Made by a program: the position numbers and the translations under genes. The notes under the pieces are model-generated. The model saw only the letters and a program-made list of their open reading frames with translations, was not told the origin of the DNA and ran no database searches. 64,000 nt of DNA from Nitrososphaerota archaeon (GTDB taxonomy: Archaea; Thermoproteota; Nitrososphaeria; Nitrososphaerales; Gagatemarchaeaceae), in assembly GCA_027887005.1 (NCBI GenBank), contig JAPCJI010000008.1, positions 2,162 to 66,161 of the forward strand. Reading direction: 5' to 3'. Below, one piece after another: positions 28,549 to 36,952 of the stretch (positions are counted from its first letter, which is position 1; each line of letters starts with the position of its first letter).

Positions 28549-28660
28549 TGCCCCGGCCGGGATTCGAACCCGGGTCGCCGACTCGAAAGGCCAGCATACT
28601 CTCGGCCTGCTCGCACGGAGTTGACCGGGCTGTACGCGCAGCGCTCTATACTACCGGGGC
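28549..28660 (-). tRNA. tRNA-Glu(TTC) with two D-loop introns: 15/16 (28630-28645) and 20b/21 (28601-28621)
   Basis: Removing the 16- and 21-nt inserts gives a 75-nt GCCCCGG TA GTAT AGCCCGGTCAA GTAT G CTGGC CT TTC GA GTCGG CGAC CCGGG TTCGAAT CCCGG CCGGGGC A; both inserts fold as BHB-like motifs. Confidence 0.9.
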
Positions 28661-28680
28661 TGAATCGCACCCTCTTTGCT

Positions 28681-29409
28681 TCAGCAATTAGAGCTTTCGC
28701 GGATGATTGGCCTCAGGAAGCACCATTCGCCAAGTCCAGCGAAGAACTCAGCCTGTTTCGCGTGGGAAGGAAGCAGGAGGGAACTGAAGTGGAGCATCCC
28801 TCCTTTGGGAAGGTAGGAGTTCCTCCCTCGTCTTTCACCCGTCGCCCTCAGCGTCGACGAAACGGCGTCGGGGTCGAGCGACGACTCATAGTATTGGCGT
28901 CGGCCGAGGACCCTGACTCTGCTTCCCTCGGTCGGGAAGTCGGTGATGAAGATGCAGCCTTCCTTCGAGGATCTGACGACCATCAAGACGACGTCCCGCT
29001 CATCGGGGGTGAGCCCGCACTCTCCCGCAGCCCGCAGATCGGCCCACAGGGGGGAGGATTCCATTCTGGTGGAGAACCTGACTGTGAGCGACCCCCCGGA
29101 CCTGCCTCCGCTGAAGTAGCGGGCCCTGAGTTGGTCTATTGCCAACCCCTCGCGTTCCATCTTCAGGAGGTCGGGGAGCGCAGGACCGAACGCGTCGCTC
29201 GGGTCTTCGCGCGACCAGCAGAGCCCTGCTGGGTCGACGTGGAGGACCGTGTCTCCTTTCCGCGCGACGAACACCCTCGACCCCCCTACGGTGTAGCCCT
29301 TGGTCCTGAGGCGGTCGGCGATGAACCGTGTCTGGGACTCGGCGAGCTTAGGCAGGGGCAGGTACCAGGTCTCGCCGAGTTTGATCACCCTCCAGGTGTA
29401 ACTGGACAA
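28681..29409 (-). CDS. Hypothetical protein
   Basis: 242-aa ORF with core-like codon usage, upstream AT-rich box; no family recognised. Confidence 0.55.
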   Translation of the reverse strand: MSSYTWRVIKLGETWYLPLPKLAESQTRFIADRLRTKGYTVGGSRVFVARKGDTVLHVDPAGLCWSREDPSDAFGPALPDLLKMEREGLAIDQLRARYFSGGRSGGSLTVRFSTRMESSPLWADLRAAGECGLTPDERDVVLMVVRSSKEGCIFITDFPTEGSRVRVLGRRQYYESSLDPDAVSSTLRATGERRGRNSYLPKGGMLHFSSLLLPSHAKQAEFFAGLGEWCFLRPIIRESSNC

Positions 29410-29473
29410 CCGCGCTTCATCTCAACGAAACATTATATAGAATATGAAAGGGTGAAAATTCGAGGTCTCAAGG

Positions 29474-30331
29474 TTGGATGGTCGCCGGGCTGTCTCGCTC
29501 GAAGCAATCGACGCACGGATGAAATCGTACCGGGAAAGGGCGGACGGAGCGATGGCGACCGAGCTGGCGCTCTACAAGCATTCGAGGTTCCATGACCCGC
29601 TGGTGTACGCCGTGGAAGGGGGGAAGAGAGTCAGGCCCGTGATGCTAATGCTCTCCGCCGAGGCGCTCGGCTGCAAGGACGACTCCGTGCTGGGAGCGGC
29701 GGTCGCGGTCGAACTCCTGCACACAGAATCGATCATCCATGACGACATCATCGACGAGGAGCTCGCTAGGAGGGCGAAGATGACGTTCCACGTGAAATAT
29801 GGCTACAGCGCATCTCTGCTGACTGCAGACTTCGTCTTCTCCATGATCTTGGCCATCGCTGCCAGATACAGGGACAGGCGCGTAGCCGAAGAGCTGAGCA
29901 ACGCAGCCCTCCGCATGGCCGAAGGGGAGTACTCGGAACTGACGATAGACCCAAAGGTGTACAACCTTACATGGGACGAGTATCTGAAGATCATTTCGGA
30001 AAAGACGGCGGCTCTCTTCGAGACGTCAGCGAAGCTTGGAGCACTGGTCGCGGACGGGAATGAAAGGGAGGTCGCAGCGCTCGCTGCCTACGGCAGGAAC
30101 CTTGGTACGGCCTACCAGCTTCGGGACGACCTGTTGGACTGGAGGTCGCAGGACAAGATTGCCATAGGCCTGCTCAGGAATCATAGTGAGAGCGAAGTCG
30201 TGGGCAAGATGACAGCTCTGTCCCAGACCTATGTCGAAGAGGCAAAGCGGCAGCTGATGGTGCTGCCCAGGAGCAGTGCCACCGACTTCCTTGAACTTCT
30301 GACTGACTTCACGATACAGAGAAAGTACTGA
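29474..30331 (+). CDS. Polyprenyl (geranylgeranyl) diphosphate synthase
   Basis: GGKRVRP, ELLH..SIIHDDIID...RR, KTAALF, YQLRDDLLD. Confidence 0.9.
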   Translation: MDGRRAVSLEAIDARMKSYRERADGAMATELALYKHSRFHDPLVYAVEGGKRVRPVMLMLSAEALGCKDDSVLGAAVAVELLHTESIIHDDIIDEELARRAKMTFHVKYGYSASLLTADFVFSMILAIAARYRDRRVAEELSNAALRMAEGEYSELTIDPKVYNLTWDEYLKIISEKTAALFETSAKLGALVADGNEREVAALAAYGRNLGTAYQLRDDLLDWRSQDKIAIGLLRNHSESEVVGKMTALSQTYVEEAKRQLMVLPRSSATDFLELLTDFTIQRKY

Positions 30332-30356
30332 CTGGCGCGAAGGCGGATCTGGGAGC

Positions 30357-30671
30357 TTACCCTGATTGTCCGAGTATGATGAACGCGATGGCGAATCCGT
30401 AGATTGCGATTGCCTCTGCAAGCACCACGAAGATAAGGGCCGTCGTCCTGACCTCGGCCTTCTCGGTGACCGCTGCGATTGCCGCTGAGCCAGAGGTCCC
30501 AACGCCGATGCCTGCTCCGAGCGCCGCGAGTCCGAACGCGATTCCCGCAGCGATGAATTTGTTGCCGTTCGACGCTGCTCCGGTGGTCTGTGCCGCCGCG
30601 GGTCCAGGCAGGGCGGCGAACGTGATTGCGAGGAATGTCGCGGCCAGAAGCATCACGAAGAACCTGCGCAT
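30357..30671 (-). CDS. atpK: A-type ATP synthase subunit K (c)
   Basis: Single hairpin GLAALGAGIGVG...LAEAIAIYGF with conserved Glu; N-terminal hydrophobic extension; no Na+ ES/T signature. Confidence 0.92.
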   Translation of the reverse strand: MRRFFVMLLAATFLAITFAALPGPAAAQTTGAASNGNKFIAAGIAFGLAALGAGIGVGTSGSAAIAAVTEKAEVRTTALIFVVLAEAIAIYGFAIAFIILGQSG

Positions 30672-30749
30672 GAATCGACGAATCAGCGCCCTCGAAGACC
30701 CAATATAAAGATTGCAGCGAATTTTCGGCTATGGGCCCAGGGCGGCGAC

Positions 30750-31802
30750 CTAGAGCCTCAGCTTCGAAATGATCTGCTTCGGGTCCATGCCGGCCTCGAC
30801 TCCTATGGAAATGGCGGCTAGGTTGCTCACCTCGAACTCGAGGAGCTTGATCAACCCCAGCATCGTTCCCGGGCTGAGGCCCTGCCAGACGAAGGCGAGA
30901 GAAGCAGTCTCCCTGAGCTTCTTCGCGAAAGACTCCTCGACGAAGTCGATGATTTCCTCCTGGTCCTGCACGTTCGGGATTGAAAAGCGGTATGCAGATT
31001 CGACCAACTTCGCGGCCTCGCTGATCGTCTCCGCTGCAGCCATGCTCGAGAGGGTCGAGACACCGACGCGGCGGGTCGGGGTCACGATCAGTTCCTGGAT
31101 CTCGGAGTCCTTCAACCCCCACACCTTGGAGCGGAGGATTGAAACCACGTTGTAGGCGTCGACATCGATTGCGACTATGTCTCCCACTCCGTTGGTTCCA
31201 CCTGCCCTGGATGCGTAGAGCCTAGAGTTCAGAGAGAACTCTCTGGAGATCGCGGAGAGGACCGCGTGGTCGATGTAGACGTCGAAGAATCTGACCTCCC
31301 CTTTTGAGGAGTAGCCTGCGAGCGCCCTCTCAACGTCGCCGAAGAACTCGGTTCCCGAAAGCATGGTGACCGCTTCGTTCACGTCTCGGGCTGAGAGAAC
31401 CTTGATGATCAGGTCCCGCCTCCCGACGAGTTCTTCCGCCTTCATGCTCAGGTATTCGATGGTCTCCTCGTAGGACCGGTTGAGGGCCTTGGCCTTCAGC
31501 ACCAGCTTGAGGTCCCAGGCGATGTTCTTGAGATAGTATTGCTCCAGGATCCCGTAGCGACCAGCGCCTTGGGTGATGGAATGATGGACCGTGGCGAGCC
31601 TTTCTCTGAGGGCCAGCTCTATCCTCTTCGCTGAGTACGGCGTGGGGAGCCCTGCTAGGGCCTCGGAGTAGGGCGTACCCTTGAGCCTGTTGACAAGTTC
31701 GTCGAGCGACGATGTCTCGGCCAGCTTCTGGATGTTCTCTGAGTCGAGGAGGGTTCCGCGGAGTGCGAAAGCCTTGGTGCCGACATAGGTTTTGCTCGAC
31801 AA
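30750..31802 (-). CDS. atpC: A-type ATP synthase subunit C
   Basis: LKGTPY, DLKLVLKAK, DVDAYNV..ILRSK, EFEVSNL; adjacent to atpK. Confidence 0.85.
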   Translation of the reverse strand: MSSKTYVGTKAFALRGTLLDSENIQKLAETSSLDELVNRLKGTPYSEALAGLPTPYSAKRIELALRERLATVHHSITQGAGRYGILEQYYLKNIAWDLKLVLKAKALNRSYEETIEYLSMKAEELVGRRDLIIKVLSARDVNEAVTMLSGTEFFGDVERALAGYSSKGEVRFFDVYIDHAVLSAISREFSLNSRLYASRAGGTNGVGDIVAIDVDAYNVVSILRSKVWGLKDSEIQELIVTPTRRVGVSTLSSMAAAETISEAAKLVESAYRFSIPNVQDQEEIIDFVEESFAKKLRETASLAFVWQGLSPGTMLGLIKLLEFEVSNLAAISIGVEAGMDPKQIISKLRL

Positions 31803-31967
31803 GAAATCGAAACTCCCTGCTTGAACGGGCCGAAGCTGGTCGGCTTATATTGGTTTCAGAGCTTCGGCAGTTTCGTCCGCCGGGTTTCAGGGGTCGAATC
31901 GTCAGGACTGCTCCCTAACCTTAATAACCGAACTCGGTCGCGGCTGAAAACACAAAGCGGGTATCAT

Positions 31968-34007
31968 TTGGGCGTCCAGCGTCTCTCCAAGGTCACAATC
32001 ATTTCCCCGCGGAGCGAGTATGAAGCCGTCGCCAGGGCCCTGGCAGAATTCGAGGATTTCCACCCCCTGGGCGGAGCTGGTGCAAACTTTGACCCCGGAG
32101 TCCAGGAACTCACCGTCAGGGCGGTCCGCCTCTTCGCCCAGGCAGACCAGGCCGTGAAGGACCTGGGGCTGCAGTTGATGCCGGGTCAGATTGACATAGT
32201 GTTCAGGGGGGTGAAGATTCCGCAGAGTGATTTCGAGGCTGGGACCTGGGAGGAGCTCCTGGGAAAGGCGGAGGCTCAGCTTACCCCGGTGGTGGAAGAG
32301 GTTCGCGAGAAGAAGGCGCTGCTCCAGAAGGCGACCAAGGACGAAACGGACGCTGAGAACATGATGGCGACTCTCAAGGCGGTGTCGGGGTTCTCGGCCG
32401 ACCTCGGAGGCCTCTCCTCCCTCCATCTGCTCAAGGCCGTGGTTTCAATCGTCGGGAACCAGAGGCTCGAGGAATTCAAGAATTCCATACCCGGGGCCCT
32501 CTTCCTCTCGCAGCCCGTCTCCGACCAGCAGGCCCTGATTCTGGTCGTGGTACGGAGGACTGACGAGTCCAAGCTCGACAGGGCGATGAAACTCCTCGAG
32601 CTCAAGGCGCTTACGATACCCGAGGGCATGCCCCAGAATCCAGCCGCGGCGTTCAGCAAGGCGTCCGAAGAGCATGCCGCGGCGGCAGAGGCGAGGGAGA
32701 AGGTGGAGGCGGAAATGAGTGGGATCAAGAAGAGGAACGCCACTGAGCTCCTGGCAATCAGGGAGTTGACCGAGGTCTCGAGGAGGATGCTCGACGAGGC
32801 CAGGGTCTCAGGGAGCTTCAAGAGGATGGCGACCATCAGCGGCTACTTCCCGACGAAGAAGGAAGCCAGGCTGAGGCAGGTCTTCGGCCGATGGATCGTC
32901 GGCACTGAGAAAGTCGACCAGGCGGATGAAGAGGCGCACGTTCCGACTCTGCTGGAAAACAGAGGGGGACTCGGCATCTTCCAGCCCATAACAAAGGAGC
33001 AGGGGATCCCCGGAGGCCATGAAATAGACCCCACTCCCATGGTGTCCTTCGTCTTCCCCATCTTCTTCGGAATGATGTTCGGCGACGTAGGCCACGGCCT
33101 CATCCTGACACTCTTCGCTCTGCTAGTGAGGCAACGGGGCACGGGCACCCTGAGGCAGTGGGGGACCATCTTCCTGGTGGCAGGCCTCTCTTCGGTGGTC
33201 TTCGGGGCGATCTTCGGGGAGTTCTTCGAGCTGTCGCTCTACAGCTTCGTTCCGATTCCGGCGGTCGTCGAGATAATCCACAGGGTCGGAGGCTCGCCGG
33301 ACACGTTCAACATCCAAGGAGTCTACCTCGTCATGGAGGTCGGCATACTTATCGGAGTAGCCCATCTCATCACTGCCCTCAGCCTCGACCTTTACCAGGG
33401 GGTGAAGGAACAGGACCGCATCGAACTTGTGCTGGAGAAGATACCGGCACTCACAATGTACGTCTCAGGAGTGGCCTACGGACTCGCGTTCATAGGCGCC
33501 GGCTTCAGCTTCAACGTCCTCAAGACGTCTGTCCCGGCTCCTCTCATCGGGATTCCCAACAATGTGCTGGGCGGGATCGCCCTTGCGGTGCTCCTCCCCT
33601 CCATGATCTTCCTCTTCGTCGGTAGGGCAGGCGCCATCGCCCTGGGGAAGGTCAAGGGCGGGTCCATAGGTGGCGCCCTGGCCAACGGAGGTTTGGAGGT
33701 CTTCGAGAGGATCTCCCAGTTCCTGTCTAACACCGTGAGCTACGTCAGGCTCGCAGTCATGCTGTTCGTCCACGCGGGCCTGCTCCTGATCACGAATCAG
33801 TACTTCGGCCCCTGGATCAACCCCCTCTATGCGATCCCCTGGGTGATCCTGAACCTCCTGATCCTGACCTTCGAGGCGTTCATCGTGTACGTCCAGGACC
33901 TCAGGTTGCATCTCTACGAGTTCTTCACGAAGTTCTTCGAAGGTACAGGAAAGCCCTTCAGGAAGATCCTCCCGGACAGGGCCCGCATCAGAATCAAGTG
34001 GCTCTAG
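31968..34007 (+). CDS. atpI: A-type ATP synthase subunit I (a)
   Basis: PTLLEN, EIDPTP, FFGMMFGDVGHG, SNTVSYVRL, QDLRLHLYEFFTKFF; TTG start at 31968. Confidence 0.93.
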   Translation: MGVQRLSKVTIISPRSEYEAVARALAEFEDFHPLGGAGANFDPGVQELTVRAVRLFAQADQAVKDLGLQLMPGQIDIVFRGVKIPQSDFEAGTWEELLGKAEAQLTPVVEEVREKKALLQKATKDETDAENMMATLKAVSGFSADLGGLSSLHLLKAVVSIVGNQRLEEFKNSIPGALFLSQPVSDQQALILVVVRRTDESKLDRAMKLLELKALTIPEGMPQNPAAAFSKASEEHAAAAEAREKVEAEMSGIKKRNATELLAIRELTEVSRRMLDEARVSGSFKRMATISGYFPTKKEARLRQVFGRWIVGTEKVDQADEEAHVPTLLENRGGLGIFQPITKEQGIPGGHEIDPTPMVSFVFPIFFGMMFGDVGHGLILTLFALLVRQRGTGTLRQWGTIFLVAGLSSVVFGAIFGEFFELSLYSFVPIPAVVEIIHRVGGSPDTFNIQGVYLVMEVGILIGVAHLITALSLDLYQGVKEQDRIELVLEKIPALTMYVSGVAYGLAFIGAGFSFNVLKTSVPAPLIGIPNNVLGGIALAVLLPSMIFLFVGRAGAIALGKVKGGSIGGALANGGLEVFERISQFLSNTVSYVRLAVMLFVHAGLLLITNQYFGPWINPLYAIPWVILNLLILTFEAFIVYVQDLRLHLYEFFTKFFEGTGKPFRKILPDRARIRIKWL

Positions 34008-34014
34008 AGGGAGG

Positions 34015-35475
34015 TCAGCCCAGGACGTTCGGGACCGCGCCTGATGCGAAGTTTATCGCCTGCTGCGGGAAGAGCCCGATTCCGATCATCAGCCCGACCA
34101 GCACAGCGAAGACGATGACGAACCATTTCGGTTCCTTCACCCGCTCTGTGCTCTCCCCTTCGTCGATGTAAATGCGCTTGATGATCCAGGCGTAGTAGCC
34201 GAGGCTGAACGCGCTGTTGAGTATGCCCGCGACCGCGAGCCATCCGAACTGAGGGCTCGAGACGGAAAGGAAGAGGAGCAGTTTACTCCAGAAGCCGTTC
34301 AGCGGCGGGACCCCGGCGAGCCCGAGGAGGGCGATGGTCATGGTGAAGGCGGTTATCGGCATCCGCCTGGCGAGCCCGTTGTAGGCCCCGAGGTCGGCCC
34401 TCTTGAGCTGCATCAGGACCAGGCCCGCGCAGAGGAACGCGGCCCCCTTCATTATCGCGTGGTTGATGATATGGAAGATGGAGCCCGTCAGGCCGAGCGA
34501 AGCGGCCGACGAAGTGGGGTCGGCGGTGAAGGCGACGAACCCGATGAGGATGTAGCCGGCTTGGGCGATGCTCGAGTAGGCGAGGAGCCGGGTCATGCTC
34601 TTCTGCGTGAGGGCGGATACGTTGCCTACTGTCATTGTCAGCAGCGCGAGGACCGCGAAGACGTTGGCCATGGTGAAGAGCGGGCTCCTGGTCACGACGT
34701 AGAGGGTGGTCACCGCGAGGAGGACCCTGATGGCCGCGATGAACCCTGCCTTCTTGGTCGCCGCCGCGAGGAGCGTGCTGATGGGGGTGGGGGCGCCCTC
34801 GTAGGCGTCGGGAATCCACATGTGGAAGGGGACAATCGACATCTTGAAGCCGAAGCCCGCCACGAAGAGCAGGGCCGCGACTCCGCCCAGGGGGGACGCC
34901 GGATGCGAGAAGTACCACTGGGCCACGGCGGATATCTGGGTGCTGCCGGTCAGGCCGTAGGAGAGGCTGATCGCGTAGAGGATTATTGCCGATGACATGG
35001 CGCCGATGACCGCGTACTTCACTGCTGCCTCGTTAGATTGGGTCCTCTTGTCGAACCCCGCCAGGACGTAGGTGGGGAGGCTCATCAGTTCCCAGGCCAC
35101 GAAGAGCATCAGGAGGTCCGTGGAGTAGGACAGGAGGAGCATGCCGAGGGCGGTGAAGGACAGGAGACTGTAGTAGACTGGATTGAAGGACGTCCTCTGG
35201 AAGTCGAGAGAAGCGACGACCACGGCCAGGGTCACGCCCAGGGTGACCAGGGCGAAGACTCCCCCGAGTTGGTCCGGGGAGAGGAGGGACCCGAACCATG
35301 GGACAGGAGTTGGGTTGAGGGTGAAGACTGCGACCAAGAGGATGGCTGCGCCGAGGACGGCCGCAAGGATGTACCCGGAGAGATTCCAGTTCCGACCGTT
35401 GTAGAGCTGCAGGAGCGGGAGGAGGAGCGACGAGGCCCCGAGGAGCGCGACCGCGATCGTGATCAGGTCGACCAA
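34015..35475 (-). CDS. nuoN: Complex I subunit N
   Basis: WELMSLPTY, EAAVKY, GFKMSIVPFHMWIPDAYEGAPTP, RLLAYSSIAQAGY. Confidence 0.93.
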   Translation of the reverse strand: MVDLITIAVALLGASSLLLPLLQLYNGRNWNLSGYILAAVLGAAILLVAVFTLNPTPVPWFGSLLSPDQLGGVFALVTLGVTLAVVVASLDFQRTSFNPVYYSLLSFTALGMLLLSYSTDLLMLFVAWELMSLPTYVLAGFDKRTQSNEAAVKYAVIGAMSSAIILYAISLSYGLTGSTQISAVAQWYFSHPASPLGGVAALLFVAGFGFKMSIVPFHMWIPDAYEGAPTPISTLLAAATKKAGFIAAIRVLLAVTTLYVVTRSPLFTMANVFAVLALLTMTVGNVSALTQKSMTRLLAYSSIAQAGYILIGFVAFTADPTSSAASLGLTGSIFHIINHAIMKGAAFLCAGLVLMQLKRADLGAYNGLARRMPITAFTMTIALLGLAGVPPLNGFWSKLLLFLSVSSPQFGWLAVAGILNSAFSLGYYAWIIKRIYIDEGESTERVKEPKWFVIVFAVLVGLMIGIGLFPQQAINFASGAVPNVLG

Positions 35476-35476
35476 G

Positions 35477-36952
35477 CTATGCGAGCCCCCTGAGGAACTG
35501 GGCGACTGGGAGGGCGGGAGTCAGTATTAGGTATGAAGCGACGATGAGCACGACCAGAGGTATGAGGTAGACCGCGAAGGAGGCCAAGTCTCCGAGGTCC
35601 ATGTCATGGACCTCCGTCCCTTCGGGCAGGGACAGGACAGTCCGCTTGATCATCCATAGGAAGTAGCCAGCGGTTATGACCGGGACGAGGATCGAGACGG
35701 CTGTGATCGTGTAGGCGGAGATGCCGGCCGCGATGACCATGAACTCGGCCAGGAAACTTGCGAAGGGGGGAAGCCCCATGGCTGCGCCTGACGCGAGGAC
35801 GAGTATGGCGGCAGTGCGCGGCATGGTGAGACCGAGGCCCTTGAGGGAAGGGATCTCCCTGGTCCCTGCCTGATGCTGGATGTATCCCGACAGCATGAAG
35901 AGGCTCCCGACCGCGAGGGCGTGGGTGAACATCTGGAGGATGGCGCCCTGGATCCCCAGCAGGTTCCCTGATACCAGCGTTGCGTAGGCACCGAACAGGA
36001 CGAAGCCCATGTGGTTAATGCTCGTGAAGGCGATCATCTTCTTCAGGTCCTTCTGAAGGACTGCGGCCACCGCCCCGTAGAACATCGAGAAGAGGCCGAT
36101 GGCGAGGAAGGCCCAGGCATACTGGACTGACGCCTTGGGGAAGAGGCCGATGCTTATCCTGAGGAATCCGTAGCCGCCCATCTTCAGGAGCACCCCTGCG
36201 AGGAGCACGGAGATGGGGGACGGAGCTTCCACGTGCGCGTCAGGGAGCCAGGTGTGGAAGGGGACCAGGGGAAGCTTCACTGCGAAGCCGATGAAGGAGG
36301 CGAGGAGAGGCAGGTACTGCAGGCCGATGGGGATGTGCCCCGCGAGGGACGGTATGTCGAATGAGGGGACGGGCATCATCCCCAGGTAGACGTAGAGGAA
36401 GCCCAGGAGCATTATGGTGCTCCCAGCGTAGGTGAATAGGATGAACTTCATCGCCGCGTACTTGCGTCGGGGGCCTCCCCAGACTCCGATGAAGAAGAAC
36501 ATCGGGATGAGGACGACCTCCCAGAAGATGTAGAAGAGTATCAGGTTCAGGGAGGTGAAGACTCCCATGATCGCCCCCTCGAAGAGGAAGATCAGGGCGT
36601 AGTACTCGGGCTCGTGCTTGTCGATGAGCTTCCTCGAGCCGAGTATGGCGAGTAGGGTCAGCAGGGCCGAGACAAAGATCAGCGGGGAGCTGAGGCCGTC
36701 GGTGCCGAGGAAGTAGTCAAGCCCGAAGGACTTGAAGCTTATCCAGGAGTACTGCTCCTGCAGGAGGTACTGGCCGGGCGCCGGCGGGTTCGCGATGACC
36801 TGCCAGGAGATGTAGGTGGCCACGCCGAGGACGACGGCAGCGAGGCCGAGGCAGGCGTAGACCCCCCAGCGCTTGTTCATCCGTGTCAGGAGGTAGACCA
36901 GGGGGGAGGCCAGGAGCGGGAGGAAGACCAGCAGAGAGAGGACGAAGCTCAC
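35477..36952 (-). CDS. nuoM: Complex I subunit M (copy 1)
   Basis: FYIFWEVVLIPMFF, YAAMKF, VKLPLVPFHTWLPDAHVEAP, LLKMGGYG. Confidence 0.93.
   Translation of the reverse strand: MSFVLSLLVFLPLLASPLVYLLTRMNKRWGVYACLGLAAVVLGVATYISWQVIANPPAPGQYLLQEQYSWISFKSFGLDYFLGTDGLSSPLIFVSALLTLLAILGSRKLIDKHEPEYYALIFLFEGAIMGVFTSLNLILFYIFWEVVLIPMFFFIGVWGGPRRKYAAMKFILFTYAGSTIMLLGFLYVYLGMMPVPSFDIPSLAGHIPIGLQYLPLLASFIGFAVKLPLVPFHTWLPDAHVEAPSPISVLLAGVLLKMGGYGFLRISIGLFPKASVQYAWAFLAIGLFSMFYGAVAAVLQKDLKKMIAFTSINHMGFVLFGAYATLVSGNLLGIQGAILQMFTHALAVGSLFMLSGYIQHQAGTREIPSLKGLGLTMPRTAAILVLASGAAMGLPPFASFLAEFMVIAAGISAYTITAVSILVPVITAGYFLWMIKRTVLSLPEGTEVHDMDLGDLASFAVYLIPLVVLIVASYLILTPALPVAQFLRGLA

Noticed and set aside
30357..34007. 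Split ATP synthase operon (K and C divergent from I; A/B/D/E/F absent) as a novelty
   Set aside because: Fragmented A-ATPase clusters are common in TACK archaea.
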